64,000 nucleotides of DNA from Dehalococcoidia bacterium (GTDB lineage: Bacteria; Chloroflexota; Dehalococcoidia; Plut-88900): assembly GCA_965197645.1 (NCBI GenBank), contig OZ240219.1:96001-160000 (forward strand), written 5' to 3'. Position 1 is the first letter of the stretch; every line of letters begins with the position of its first letter. The position numbers and the translations under genes are program-made. A model generated the notes under the pieces. The model saw nothing but the letters and a program-made list of their open reading frames with translations, did not search any database and was not told the DNA's origin. Shown here piece by piece: positions 18,320 through 28,509 of this stretch.

Positions 18320-18868
18320 TTACAGGGGCAGCAGAGGTTTGACCCCAGGTTCCGGCTCCACCTCCATGGCGTTTAGTACGCAGGCTAGCATGGCGTAGTA
18401 GCCCACCGTAGCCGTAAGCTCGGTTATGCCCTGGTCTCCCAAGCGTCGGTGGGCTTGCTGGAAAGTTTCTGCTGACACCCGCTTGGTTCGCATGAGTTCC
18501 CGGCAGTACCGTGCCGGAATCGCCTCATCGTCGCTGAGACCATCGATGTCCCCTTTGTCCCGGATGGTCGTGATGGCGGCGTCGGACACACCGGCCCCTC
18601 TCGCCTCGGGCTCGTGATAGGTCCACTCGAACTGGCAATCGGACTCCCGGGCAACGACGAGAATGGCGATCTCCCGCGTCGCAGGTGGGAGGGTCGATTC
18701 GAACCGGATGTAGGCCCCCAGGTGGGCGATCCTTCGAGCCGCCTCCGGGCTGTTCAACAGCACGCCGAAGGGGCCCACGATCGATCCCCTGCTTCCTACG
18801 ATTTCGTCGTAGACCTCTCGCTGTGCTTCGGGCAGCTCCTGCCTATCGGGTGTGGGCACTCTGGGCAT
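18320..18868 (-). CDS. Carboxymuconolactone decarboxylase / AhpD-like family protein
   Basis: GPFGVLLNSP, REIAILVVAR...FEW..H...AR.AG. Confidence 0.85.
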   Translation of the reverse strand: MPRVPTPDRQELPEAQREVYDEIVGSRGSIVGPFGVLLNSPEAARRIAHLGAYIRFESTLPPATREIAILVVARESDCQFEWTYHEPEARGAGVSDAAITTIRDKGDIDGLSDDEAIPARYCRELMRTKRVSAETFQQAHRRLGDQGITELTATVGYYAMLACVLNAMEVEPEPGVKPLLPL

Positions 18869-18952
18869 GGTTAGTAACCTCCGTAAGCTGTTGCTAGTAT
18901 GATTTGCCGTCTATTATACTCACTCGATACCTACACGCTTCGGAGGACTCAT

Positions 18953-20158
18953 ATGGGTGGACCCCTAGAAGGAATCAAGGTGCTGGAGATTGCCAACTGG
19001 CTCGCCGCGCCGGCGACTGCAGCCCTTCTAGCAGATATGGGGGCCACTGTGGTCAAGGTGGAACCGCCCGATGGAGACCCCTGGCGGCAGTTCAGACCCA
19101 GCACGATGGGGTACTCCATCGAACCCGACGTCAACTACGCCTACGAGCTCGACAACCGGGGAAAGAGGTCTCTCACCCTGGACCTGACCAAGAACGAAGC
19201 GCGAGAGGTGGTCCTGAAGCTGTTGGAAACGTCGGACGTGTTCATCACCAACCTGGTCCCCGGCCGGCTGGACCGTTTTCGTCTCAAGTACGAGGACCTA
19301 TCACCCGGCAACCCTGGACTGATCTACCTATCCCTCTCGGGGTATGGTGATCAGGGCCCGGACAAGGACAGGCTTGGCTTCGACTACACTGCGTTCTGGG
19401 CCCGGTCCGGCATCATGTCGTTGATTGGCGATCCGGAGGGGCCGCCGATGCTTCAAAGGGGAGGTATGGGGGACCACACCTCCTGCCTGGCGATGGCGGC
19501 CGGAGTCCTGGCAGCCCTGTTCGAACGGGAGAGGACCGGCAGGGGGCAGGAGATAGCCGGATCACTGCTGAACGTGGCCCTCTGGGTCCTGGGGTCCGAC
19601 GTTCAGACGGCGTTGATAGCGAGGGACAAACCCGTCCTGAAGCCTCGCACGGACCGGATGGCCATGTGGAACAGCTACCGGGCCAAGGACGACAAGTGGC
19701 TCATGCTGGTCAACCCCAACCGGGACGTGTATTGGCCCAGGGTTTGCGCTGCGCTCGGCCGGACAGACCTCGTCGACGATCCCCGGTTCCAGTCCATCGA
19801 GGGGATGACTGAACACGCCAACGAACTGGTGGACATCTTCGATGAGATCATCGCCACCAGGCCGAGGGACGAATGGGGTCGCATCCTGGACGAACACCAG
19901 GTTATATGGGCGCCGGTACAGGACCTAAACGAGGTGATGAAAGACCCGCAGGTGAAGGCCAACGGCTACCTCACCACGCTGGACCACCCCGTTTTGGGCC
20001 AGTACGAGACCATAGACACGCCGATCAGATTCAAGACGTCGGAAGTGCGGGCCAGAGGGCCGGCGCCGGAGATTGGGCAGCACACCGAGGAGGTCTTGCT
20101 GGAGAGCGGCTACAGCTGGGAGCAGATCAACGAGTTCCGCGACCAGGGAGTCGTATGA
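18953..20158 (+). CDS. CoA-transferase family III (CaiB/BaiF)
   Basis: PLEGIKVLE, LADMGATVVKVEPP.GD, NRGKRS, catalytic GD, APEIGQHT. GGAGG SD before ATG 18953. Confidence 0.93.
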   Translation: MGGPLEGIKVLEIANWLAAPATAALLADMGATVVKVEPPDGDPWRQFRPSTMGYSIEPDVNYAYELDNRGKRSLTLDLTKNEAREVVLKLLETSDVFITNLVPGRLDRFRLKYEDLSPGNPGLIYLSLSGYGDQGPDKDRLGFDYTAFWARSGIMSLIGDPEGPPMLQRGGMGDHTSCLAMAAGVLAALFERERTGRGQEIAGSLLNVALWVLGSDVQTALIARDKPVLKPRTDRMAMWNSYRAKDDKWLMLVNPNRDVYWPRVCAALGRTDLVDDPRFQSIEGMTEHANELVDIFDEIIATRPRDEWGRILDEHQVIWAPVQDLNEVMKDPQVKANGYLTTLDHPVLGQYETIDTPIRFKTSEVRARGPAPEIGQHTEEVLLESGYSWEQINEFRDQGVV

Positions 20159-20226
20159 GTCCAACCTCCTCATCTATGTAATTTCATACTGGTTGTCGAT
20201 AGTTATCAGGAGTTAAAGGAGAGTAA

Positions 20227-21306
20227 GTGTTCACACCACCGCCACTTCGCAGCGCTCACCCATACTACATGCACGACTGTATTCACGACCAGCCGGAGGC
20301 CATTGCCCAGGTGCTGGATAGCCAGGCCGGGGCCGCCCGAGCGCTGGCCGAGCGGATAGCATCGAGGAGCCGGGTACATGTGGTCGGGATAGGTACGTCG
20401 TGGCATGCGTCGCTGGTCGGAGAATACCTGTTTCGGGAGATCGGGCGTCGGAGCGATGCCCGGGCGTGGAACTCCTTTGAGTTCGCAGCATCGCTTCCGA
20501 AGTTGGACGGAGAGGACGTGGTCATAGTAATGAGCCATCGAGGTACCAAACAGGCATCTCGAGAGGCGCTGGCCGCGGCCAAGGGGGCCGGCGCCGCTAC
20601 CGCACTGGTAACGGGGCAGGGCTCGGAAGCGGAGGTAGGACTGGCAGACACGGTGCTGTACACCAGTTACCAGGACCTGTCGTCGGCATTTACGATCAGC
20701 CACACGACAGCTATGACGGCCCTGGCTATGGTTGCGGTTGAGCTGGGAGGCGGCGCCGAGGGTCCAGCCCTGGCCGCGCTTCCGGAGGCGGTCGAGAAGG
20801 CGCTGCAGCTGGAGCCCCAGATCCAGGAGATGGCCCGCCGGTACCGGGACCAGCGATGGTACGCCTTCGCCGGGTGGGGACCCAACGCATCGACGGCCTA
20901 CGAGGTGGCGTTGAAGATCAACGAGGCAGCCTACTCGGTCACCACGGCATTCCAGTTGGAGCAGTTCCTCCACGGCCCCTTCGTGGCTACGGAGACCGGA
21001 TGCCTGGTCACCCTCGTAACGCCTCCCGGTTTCGGCTACGAACGGTCGGTCTCCATCGCCAAGGCGGTCAAGGAGACGGGCGCCGACGTGGCAGCGTTGG
21101 TGCAGCAAGGGGATGCGGGAATCACCGGCGTAGCGGACCTCTCGCTGGCCCTGCCCCCTGTGCCCGAGTTCCTCACCCCGACGGTCTACCTGGCGCCACT
21201 GCAGCTACTGACCTATTGGCTGGCGTTGGAGGCGGGACAGAACCCGGACACCTTCCGGCTAAACGACCCGAAACACAAGGCGGCCAGGAACCACTACTCC
21301 CTTTAG
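20227..21306 (+). CDS. SIS-domain sugar-phosphate isomerase/deaminase (GlmS C-terminal-like)
   Basis: IHDQPEA, GIGTSWHA, SHRG, EVALKINE, EQFLHGP. Two SIS domains, no glutaminase domain. Confidence 0.85.
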   Translation: MFTPPPLRSAHPYYMHDCIHDQPEAIAQVLDSQAGAARALAERIASRSRVHVVGIGTSWHASLVGEYLFREIGRRSDARAWNSFEFAASLPKLDGEDVVIVMSHRGTKQASREALAAAKGAGAATALVTGQGSEAEVGLADTVLYTSYQDLSSAFTISHTTAMTALAMVAVELGGGAEGPALAALPEAVEKALQLEPQIQEMARRYRDQRWYAFAGWGPNASTAYEVALKINEAAYSVTTAFQLEQFLHGPFVATETGCLVTLVTPPGFGYERSVSIAKAVKETGADVAALVQQGDAGITGVADLSLALPPVPEFLTPTVYLAPLQLLTYWLALEAGQNPDTFRLNDPKHKAARNHYSL

Positions 21307-21308
21307 TG

Positions 21309-22181
21309 CTATCGTTCCGGGCTGATGAGGAAATCGGTGACCTCCTCGCCGCCGTGTTCCGCCCAACGGCTCTCCTCGACCGCGGTCAGGAACCTCTGGA
21401 CGGTCTCGTTGAACAGCTCCGGCTCCTCCAGATTGAGGGTGTGGCCGGTCTGGGGAAAAACGACCAGTCCCGAGGTGGTGATGTGCCGCTTCATGAACAG
21501 GGCCGGCTCAATGCAGGGATAGTCCTCATCGCCGGTAATGACCAGGGTGGGGACCTTGAGGGCCTGCAGCTTCGGCTCCAGCTCGAAGATGGTGGGACGG
21601 CGGGCCAGGCATCTACGCAGTATCATCGCCGAACCGAAGGCCGAGTGGTCCGAGAACTGTTGGGCAAAGGCCCCCCAATCATCCTTCCTCTTACGCAACA
21701 GCTGCACACGGGTCGGTGACTGAACGTACTCGTCGAGGCCCTGCATCCCTTCGGACTCCAGCCGGTCGGCCTCAATGGCGGTCTCTTCGCGGAACCGTTC
21801 CGGGTCGGTGCTGCCCGATCCTGTGCCGGCCACCACCAGTGACGTGGCCATCTCAGGATGCGCAATGCCGAAGTTGAGAGCCACGTTGCCGCCCATGGAC
21901 AGCCCGGCGACGTGGGCCTGTCCCATCTCCAGGTGAATCAGGAGCTGGCGCAGGTCTTCAATCGCGATGTCCTGGGAGTAGGACTCCGGGTCCTGGGGAA
22001 CGTCGCTGGGAGGATAGCCCCGGGCGTTGTAGGTAATCACCTTGTACCGCTTGGAGAAGAACTCGACCTGACCGCTCCAGCTCTCGTAGCTGCCCGCGAA
22101 CTCGTGGGAGAAGACCAAGGGTGACCCTTCGCCGGTCACCTCGTAGTAGATGTTCACGCCGTTGACCAGTGCTGTGGGCAT
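21309..22181 (-). CDS. Alpha/beta fold hydrolase
   Basis: HEFAG, YNARGYPPS, GLSMGG, GHTLNLEEP. Likely start at MPTALVNG. Confidence 0.9.
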   Translation of the reverse strand: MPTALVNGVNIYYEVTGEGSPLVFSHEFAGSYESWSGQVEFFSKRYKVITYNARGYPPSDVPQDPESYSQDIAIEDLRQLLIHLEMGQAHVAGLSMGGNVALNFGIAHPEMATSLVVAGTGSGSTDPERFREETAIEADRLESEGMQGLDEYVQSPTRVQLLRKRKDDWGAFAQQFSDHSAFGSAMILRRCLARRPTIFELEPKLQALKVPTLVITGDEDYPCIEPALFMKRHITTSGLVVFPQTGHTLNLEEPELFNETVQRFLTAVEESRWAEHGGEEVTDFLISPER

Positions 22182-22287
22182 GACTCTCTCCTTTGGGAAC
22201 GGGGACATGGTACCCGTGAAGCGGGTCGTTAGCAAGGTGGGTTAGCCGAGTGTAGAATATGGGCCGCCCGCCCTGAGATATTATAGT

Positions 22288-22320
22288 TTGGGGGGGCACA
22301 TCTCCCAAACCCCTCAGTTG
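22288..22320. repeat. REP-like palindrome
   Basis: tttggggggg-cacatc-tcccaaacccct resembles copies at 41045-41080 and 45685-45715. Confidence 0.4.
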
Positions 22321-22452
22321 AAATGGAGGGTATCGATGTTCGCAGTCCTTAGTGTACCCGGACGCGTACCTGCCATTAAGGGACAAAAACTCTGCACTCC
22401 CTGGACGCGCAGTCTGAGGGCAGGCTCAGCCGCTAGAATGGAGAACTGATCG

Positions 22453-22932
22453 ATGGTCAATATAGACATCAAGACCGAGTTCTTGTTCGAGGTCAAGATA
22501 CCGCAGAAGCCGTATCACTCCATAGGCGAGACACCTATGGGCTATCGGATGATCACCACACCGGACAAGGGGGCTACAGTGACCGGCCCCAAGCTCAACG
22601 GCACGGTGTTGGAGGGGGGCGGGGACCCCTACCTGCTCAGGAAGGATGGCGTTGGACTGGTGGATGCTCGGATCACCATTCAGGCCGATGATGGCGACCT
22701 GATCGGGATGAGCTACCTGGGTATTTCCAAGTATCCGGAGGAGACGCGAAAAGCCCTGGGCCGGGGCGAAAAGGTGCCCATTGACGACTATTATTTCTAC
22801 GTCGGCGTGCTGTTCGAGACCGCCTCGAAGAGGTACCGGTGGATGAATGAGACCTTTGCTATCGCCAAGGGGTTCCATCCCCACGAGTTCCTTGGAAGAG
22901 GGATCGGGTACAAGGTATACAAGATACTGTAG
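22453..22932 (+). CDS. DUF3237 family beta-barrel protein
   Basis: IGETPMG.R, GPKLNGTVL.GGGD, DARITIQADDG, FETAS.RY.WMN. Confidence 0.8.
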   Translation: MVNIDIKTEFLFEVKIPQKPYHSIGETPMGYRMITTPDKGATVTGPKLNGTVLEGGGDPYLLRKDGVGLVDARITIQADDGDLIGMSYLGISKYPEETRKALGRGEKVPIDDYYFYVGVLFETASKRYRWMNETFAIAKGFHPHEFLGRGIGYKVYKIL

Positions 22933-23065
22933 GAGGGATTAGAACCCTCGACCGCGAGCCGGAGAGCTTAGCGTAGAGCCATTCTCCACTCGCCTGACCT
23001 CAACCTAGTGTCGAGGCCCACCGAGTGGCGGAAGCCTTCGCTGGTACCGGACAGTAGTATTCGGC

Positions 23066-24715
23066 CTAACCGACGGTCGGGGCTTGTTCTCTGCTCTTGG
23101 ACCCCAGGATGAAGCCCTCGTAACCATTGGCCGCGATCTCGTTACACTTCTTGCGGTATGTCCCGACTCCGCCGGCATAGGGCATGAACACCCTGGGCTT
23201 TCCGGGGATGTTGGCTCCCAGGTACCAGGAATCCGCCAGCATGAACATGGTCGGTTCGGCGACCTCCTGGAGGTGGACTCCCCATTCCTTCTCTGCATCT
23301 GCGTCCGCCTCAGACGTCTCAATGCCATGTTCGGTCATGTAGGCGATGAAGTCGGCAATCCACTCGATGTGCTGCTCGATGGATACCGGCATGTTGCTGA
23401 GGACGTTGGGGCTGCCGGGTCCCGTTATCATGAACATGTTGGGGAATCCGGCTACCTGCAGGCCGAGGTAGTCCTTCGGCCCCTCGGCCCACCTGTCTTT
23501 CAGCGATACGTCGTCCCTGCCCCGGATATCCATCTTCAGGTAGGTGCCGGTCATCGCGTCGAAGCCGGTGGCGAAAACGATGACGTCGAACTCGTACTCC
23601 TCGTCCTCGGTGCGGATCCCCTTCGGAGTGATCTCCTGGATCGGAGCGTGGCGAATATCGACCAGCTCGATGTTATCGCGGTTGTAGGTCTCGTAGTAAT
23701 TTGTGTCGATCAGAGCGCGCTTCGCTCCGTAGGGGTGGTCGGTGGGCAGGAGCTTCTCGGCGGTCTCGGAGTCCTTCACTGTCTCGCGGATCTTGCTCCG
23801 GACGAACTCGGCGACGATGTCATTTGCCCTTCTGTCGACGGCTACGTCATGGTACATCTCGTACAGGAACTGGTTAGCGCCCTCCGTCCAGCCGGCCTCT
23901 AAAAACTCCAGTCGCTCTTCCGGGCTGACCTCAAGGGCTGATCGCGTATCGGGGTTGCGAGGAGTCCCGGCTTCGGACCACTTCATCGTTTCCAGGATCT
24001 CATCGTAGTTGGGTTTCACCTCTTCCTCGATGAACTTGCGGTCCACCGAGGCGTGATGAGCGGGAGCGGTGAACTGGGGTGTCCGCTGGAACACGGTCAC
24101 GTGCTCGGCCTCCCCGGCGATTACCGGGATCGCCTGTACACCGCTGGAGCCGGTGCCGATGACAGCCACGCGCTTCCCTTCGAAGTCCACCTTTTCGTGG
24201 GGCCAGGCTCCCGTGTGATACCAGTCTCCCTCGAAGGTGTCCAAGCCTTTTATCTTCGGGATGTTGCCCGTAGAGATACACCCGATACCAGTAATCAGGT
24301 ATTGGGCTGTGACATGGTCACCCTGGTCTGTTTCGATCTCCCAATGGTTGGCGTCCTCGATAAACTTCGCAGAGGTGACTCGAGTCTTGAACTGGATGTT
24401 AGGACGAAGATCGAAGCGGTCCGCAACGTGGTTCAGGTAGGATAGGATCTCCGGCTGCTCCGGGTACTTGCCGCTCCAACTCCACTCTTGAAGCAGCTCT
24501 TTTGAGAAGGAGAAGCAGTACGAGTAGCTCTCGGAGTCACACCGTGCGCCCGGGTAGCGGTTCCAATACCAGGTGCCTCCGACTCCTGTGCCCGCCTCGT
24601 ACACCTGGGCGGACATCCCGAGCTCCTCCCTCAGTCGCCACAGCATGCCCAGTCCAGAAAAGCCGGCCCCTATTACAACGGCGTCGAAATCCGGGGATTT
24701 TTCCGAGTTGACCAT
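23066..24715 (-). CDS. Baeyer-Villiger monooxygenase (CHMO/PAMO-like)
   Basis: GAGFSG, GGTWYWNRYPGARCD, fingerprint FEGDWYHTGAWP (FxGxxxHxxxWP), GTGSSG, ATGFDA. Confidence 0.95.
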   Translation of the reverse strand: MVNSEKSPDFDAVVIGAGFSGLGMLWRLREELGMSAQVYEAGTGVGGTWYWNRYPGARCDSESYSYCFSFSKELLQEWSWSGKYPEQPEILSYLNHVADRFDLRPNIQFKTRVTSAKFIEDANHWEIETDQGDHVTAQYLITGIGCISTGNIPKIKGLDTFEGDWYHTGAWPHEKVDFEGKRVAVIGTGSSGVQAIPVIAGEAEHVTVFQRTPQFTAPAHHASVDRKFIEEEVKPNYDEILETMKWSEAGTPRNPDTRSALEVSPEERLEFLEAGWTEGANQFLYEMYHDVAVDRRANDIVAEFVRSKIRETVKDSETAEKLLPTDHPYGAKRALIDTNYYETYNRDNIELVDIRHAPIQEITPKGIRTEDEEYEFDVIVFATGFDAMTGTYLKMDIRGRDDVSLKDRWAEGPKDYLGLQVAGFPNMFMITGPGSPNVLSNMPVSIEQHIEWIADFIAYMTEHGIETSEADADAEKEWGVHLQEVAEPTMFMLADSWYLGANIPGKPRVFMPYAGGVGTYRKKCNEIAANGYEGFILGSKSREQAPTVG

Positions 24716-24773
24716 CTTGTCCTCCTGGTGGTTTCAGTTCAGCTATCGAGACCTGCCGGAGTTAGGGTACGTT

Positions 24774-25724
24774 CTATCCTACCGAATGGGCTTTGCGCGC
24801 CTTTACTATACACGCTTTGACCGCCTTTACAACCTGTTGGAAAGCGAGCTCGCAACCGGGCAGCATCAGCATGGTGAAGAACCCGTGCATCTGGCCTGGA
24901 TATCTCTTGAGGTCCGTCGCTACGTTGGCTTCCTGCAGACGAGCTGCGTAAGCCTCGCCTTCATCGAGCAAAACGTCATGCTCCGCAGTCAGTATAACGG
25001 CAGGCGGAAGCCCGGATAGGTCCTCGGTGTGCAACGGAGACGCGTCCGGCTCAGTGCGGCGAGAGGCCTCCGGAAGGTAGTGGTCCCAGAACCAGACCAT
25101 CCCCTCGCGGGTTAGCAGCAGTTCATTTTCGGGATCGGTATAGGAGGGCCGGTCGAAATCGGCATCGGTGACGGGATAGATGAGCACCTGTAGGTCTACG
25201 GGCGGGCCGCCCCGGTCCCGAGCGCGTACGGCCATTATCGCAGAGAGGTTTCCACCTGCGCTGTCTCCGGCCACGACCAGTGGCGCCCCCGGGCCGGCGA
25301 TATCACTCAGGTGTTCCCCCACCCACTCCAGCGCTGCATACGAGTCATCCACAGCCGTTGGGTATCGATGCTCTGGCGCAAGCCGGTACTCCACCATGAC
25401 GACTGCGCTGGACGTCCGCTCCGCCAGCTTACGCCCTACGGTGTCATAATCGTCGATCGAGCCTACAACCCATCCGCCTCCGTGGTAGTAGACTACAACG
25501 CCCCTAGGTGGTTCGATGGGAACGAGGACGCGAAGGGTGATCTCGCCATCCGGTCTCTCTATGGTGTGCTCCTCTACACGGGCCATCTCAGGCGCGGGCC
25601 CATTGAGCTCCGCGAGTCCGGACTCCAGGGCACGCACCTCTTCAGGTGTGGATTCGTGTAGAGGCTTGTCATCGCCTTCTGAAAACTGTTCTAGTAATCG
25701 CTTGGTAGCGGTATCAAGTGCCAT
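24774..25724 (-). CDS. HSL-family esterase/lactonase
   Basis: HGGGW, YRLAPEH, GDSAGG, HGF. Confidence 0.92.
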   Translation of the reverse strand: MALDTATKRLLEQFSEGDDKPLHESTPEEVRALESGLAELNGPAPEMARVEEHTIERPDGEITLRVLVPIEPPRGVVVYYHGGGWVVGSIDDYDTVGRKLAERTSSAVVMVEYRLAPEHRYPTAVDDSYAALEWVGEHLSDIAGPGAPLVVAGDSAGGNLSAIMAVRARDRGGPPVDLQVLIYPVTDADFDRPSYTDPENELLLTREGMVWFWDHYLPEASRRTEPDASPLHTEDLSGLPPAVILTAEHDVLLDEGEAYAARLQEANVATDLKRYPGQMHGFFTMLMLPGCELAFQQVVKAVKACIVKARKAHSVG

Positions 25725-25918
25725 ATCTCCCCCTGATGTGTCTGTTGGACCCTATGTCCCTGTCTGGTGTTCCTGTCCGTTTCGATACATTGCTACGATC
25801 ACCTATGTATCGGCGTGGCCTCGCTAGACTTTACTTGAGATGAATGATGATATCAACAGCTAAGACGTATGCAGGAGTCTGGTGTGGCCTAGTGTCTGTT
25901 CACACTCCCGCCCTCCAA

Positions 25919-26098
25919 TGTCGTTCCGAAACGGAGCACGGCTTAGTGAGGAATCTATAGCCCATCTCCCCAGCCCACTCTGCACGGGCGGGCCCATCCG
26001 GCTCGTATGTGCAATCCCGCGATTACCGGGGCCGACGACGGAATCGGCACGAAACTCTCAACAAACCCCTTAGATTCTTCACTGCGTTCGGAATGACA
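25919..26098. repeat. Inverted REP doublet (REPIN-like)
   Basis: tgtcgttccgaa...agtgaggaatcta (25919-25957) matches the reverse complement of tagattcttcactgcgttcggaatgaca (26071-26098). Confidence 0.65.
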
Positions 26099-26139
26099 TC
26101 CAAGCTGTTTAGGCGGCATGGTCTTAATGTGAACAGGCC

Positions 26140-26622
26140 CTAATCTTGATGCCGATCAGGGAGCTGCTTGAGTAGATTGGCCATCTCTATGGCGTTGATG
26201 GCGGCTTCATAGCCCTTGTTGCCCAGCCTGACACCGGACCGCCGCCTGGCCTGCTCCCGGTTGTCGGTTGTGAGAACGCCAAAGAGTATGGGAACCTCGG
26301 TGTCCAGGTTGGCCCTGACCACGCCCTGAGTAGCGCCGCTGGAGACGTAGTCGAAGTGGGCGGTCTCGCCTCGGATGACAGCTCCCAGGCAGATGACGGC
26401 CGCATATAGACCGGAGGCCGCCATCTTCTTGGCCGCCAAGGGGAGCTCCATGGCGCCGGGTACCCAGGCCGTATCGATATCGGTGGCTGCGACGCCGTGG
26501 TCACCGAGGCCTTCCATGGCACCGTTCAACAGGCGGGTGGTGATATCGTCGTTGAAACGGGACACGGCAATCCCGATGCGCATCCCCTCGCCCGCAAGCT
26601 GGCCCTTGTAGCTCTCGCCCAA
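26140..26622 (-). CDS. ribH: 6,7-dimethyl-8-ribityllumazine synthase
   Basis: SRFN, VPGAMELP, GAVIRGETAHFDYV, GNKG.EAA. Confidence 0.96.
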   Translation of the reverse strand: MGESYKGQLAGEGMRIGIAVSRFNDDITTRLLNGAMEGLGDHGVAATDIDTAWVPGAMELPLAAKKMAASGLYAAVICLGAVIRGETAHFDYVSSGATQGVVRANLDTEVPILFGVLTTDNREQARRRSGVRLGNKGYEAAINAIEMANLLKQLPDRHQD

Positions 26623-26633
26623 GGCGGCCTCCC

Positions 26634-27830
26634 TTAGATGATGTGGCCGAGCTTTTTCTTCTTGGTGTCGAGGTAGCGCTTGTTATGCTCGTTCACAGTG
26701 GGCATGATGGGGACCCGCTCGACTACCTTCAGATTGTAGCCTTCCAGGCCAGCCCGTTTCATGGGATTGTTGGTCAGGAGGCGCATCTCCTTGACCCCTA
26801 GGTCGACGAGGATCTGCATGCCGATGCCGTAGTCCCGCCTGTCGGCGGGAAAGCCCAGGGCCTCGTTGGCTTCGACGGTATCCAGCCCGTTGTCCTGCAG
26901 AGCGTAGGCCTTCAGCTTGTTGTGCAAGCCGATGCCCCGGCCCTCCTGGCGCATATACAGGAATACGCCCCGGCCCTCGTCGGCAATGGCTTGCAGGGCG
27001 AGGTTCTTCTGCTCCTCGCAGTCGCACCGGCGGCTGGAGAAGACATCGCCTGTAACGCATTGGCTGTGAACGCGTACCAGGACGGGTTCATCCGGGCTGC
27101 CGACATCCCCCTTCACCAGGGCGACGTGCTCGTCGGGATCGATCATGCTCTGATAGGCGATGGTCTGGAAATCGCCGTACTTGGTGGGCAGCTTGGCCTC
27201 GGCGACTCGCTGGACCAGCTTATCGTTACGCATTCGATAGGAGATGATGTCGGCGACGGTGACTATCTTGAGACCGTGCTCGGCGGCCAGGGCCTCCAGC
27301 TCGGGGAACCGGGCCATTGTGCCATCGTCGGTCATGATTTCACAGATAACCCCAGCGGGATACAGCTCGGCGAGGTTGGCAAGGTCTACGGCCGCCTCGG
27401 TCTGGCCGGCTCTAACCAAAACACCGCCGTCCCTGGTGCGCAGGGGAAAGATGTGGCCGGGACGGGTGAGGTCATCCGGCTTGGTGTTGGGACCTATAAG
27501 TGCCTGGACGGTCTTGTCCCTATCGAAGGCGGAGATGCCGGTGGTGACCCCGTATCGAGCCTCGACGGAGACGGTGAAGGCGGTGCCCAGTGGCGCCGTG
27601 TTCTCCTGCACCATCATCGGAATCCGCAGTTCCTGCAGCCGGTCTCCCCTCATGGGCACGCAGATGAGACCTCGACCATACTTGGTCATGAAGTTGATGA
27701 TCTCTGGGGTACACTTCTCCGCGGCGATGGCAAGATCGCCCTCGTTCTCCCGGTCCTCATCATCCACGATGACGACCATGTGACCGGCCTTGATCTCCTC
27801 GATGGCTTCTTCGACGGTGCTAAGCGGCAT
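26634..27830 (-). CDS. ribBA: Bifunctional DHBP synthase / GTP cyclohydrolase II
   Basis: [44 protein letters not shown]. Confidence 0.96.
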   Translation of the reverse strand: MPLSTVEEAIEEIKAGHMVVIVDDEDRENEGDLAIAAEKCTPEIINFMTKYGRGLICVPMRGDRLQELRIPMMVQENTAPLGTAFTVSVEARYGVTTGISAFDRDKTVQALIGPNTKPDDLTRPGHIFPLRTRDGGVLVRAGQTEAAVDLANLAELYPAGVICEIMTDDGTMARFPELEALAAEHGLKIVTVADIISYRMRNDKLVQRVAEAKLPTKYGDFQTIAYQSMIDPDEHVALVKGDVGSPDEPVLVRVHSQCVTGDVFSSRRCDCEEQKNLALQAIADEGRGVFLYMRQEGRGIGLHNKLKAYALQDNGLDTVEANEALGFPADRRDYGIGMQILVDLGVKEMRLLTNNPMKRAGLEGYNLKVVERVPIMPTVNEHNKRYLDTKKKKLGHII

Positions 27831-27865
27831 TCGGATCCTCCAGCACAACGTAAGCTCTCTCCATA

Positions 27866-28498
27866 CTACGTTTTACTCTTCCCGCCTTCCAGCGCTAACG
27901 ATTCGAGATAGACGGGAGAATTGTCGCCCTTCACCAGCTGCTCCACGTATTTGGCCAGTATGTCCACTTCCAGGTTGATGGGAGAGCCGGGCCCCTTCAC
28001 GCTCAGATTGGTGTGCTGCCAGGTGAAGTTCACAAGTGAGACGGTGAAGGACGAAGCTTTTCGCTCCACAACGGTGAGGCTGATGCCATCGAGTCCGATG
28101 AACCCTTTGGTGACGATGTAGGGCATCAGTTCCGGCGGGGCTTCCACCTCCATGATCATGGCGTCGCCTTCCGCCTCGACGGACACCATCGTCCCCCGGC
28201 CATCTATGTGTCCCTGCATGATGTGTCCACCCAGCCGTGAGCCAAGAGCTAGGGGCCGCTCCAGGTTGACCGGGTCTCCCTCTTTCAGGCTCGCCAGGTT
28301 GGTCTTGCGAAGGGTTTCAGGCATCACGTCCGCAGTGAACTCCCTCTCGTTCAGCGAGGTGACTGTCAGGCACGCACCGTTGACGGCGATGCTGTCCCCG
28401 ATGGCGACCCCTTCCAAGGCAACGTCGCCGGCGAAAGAGAACCCGTTCTCCCGGACCTCACTGATGGACCCCACTTCCTCAATTATGCCTGTGAACAA
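27866..28498 (-). CDS. ribE: Riboflavin synthase (alpha chain)
   Basis: [32 protein letters not shown]. Confidence 0.96.
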   Translation of the reverse strand: MFTGIIEEVGSISEVRENGFSFAGDVALEGVAIGDSIAVNGACLTVTSLNEREFTADVMPETLRKTNLASLKEGDPVNLERPLALGSRLGGHIMQGHIDGRGTMVSVEAEGDAMIMEVEAPPELMPYIVTKGFIGLDGISLTVVERKASSFTVSLVNFTWQHTNLSVKGPGSPINLEVDILAKYVEQLVKGDNSPVYLESLALEGGKSKT

Positions 28499-28509
28499 AT
28501 GAATGACTC

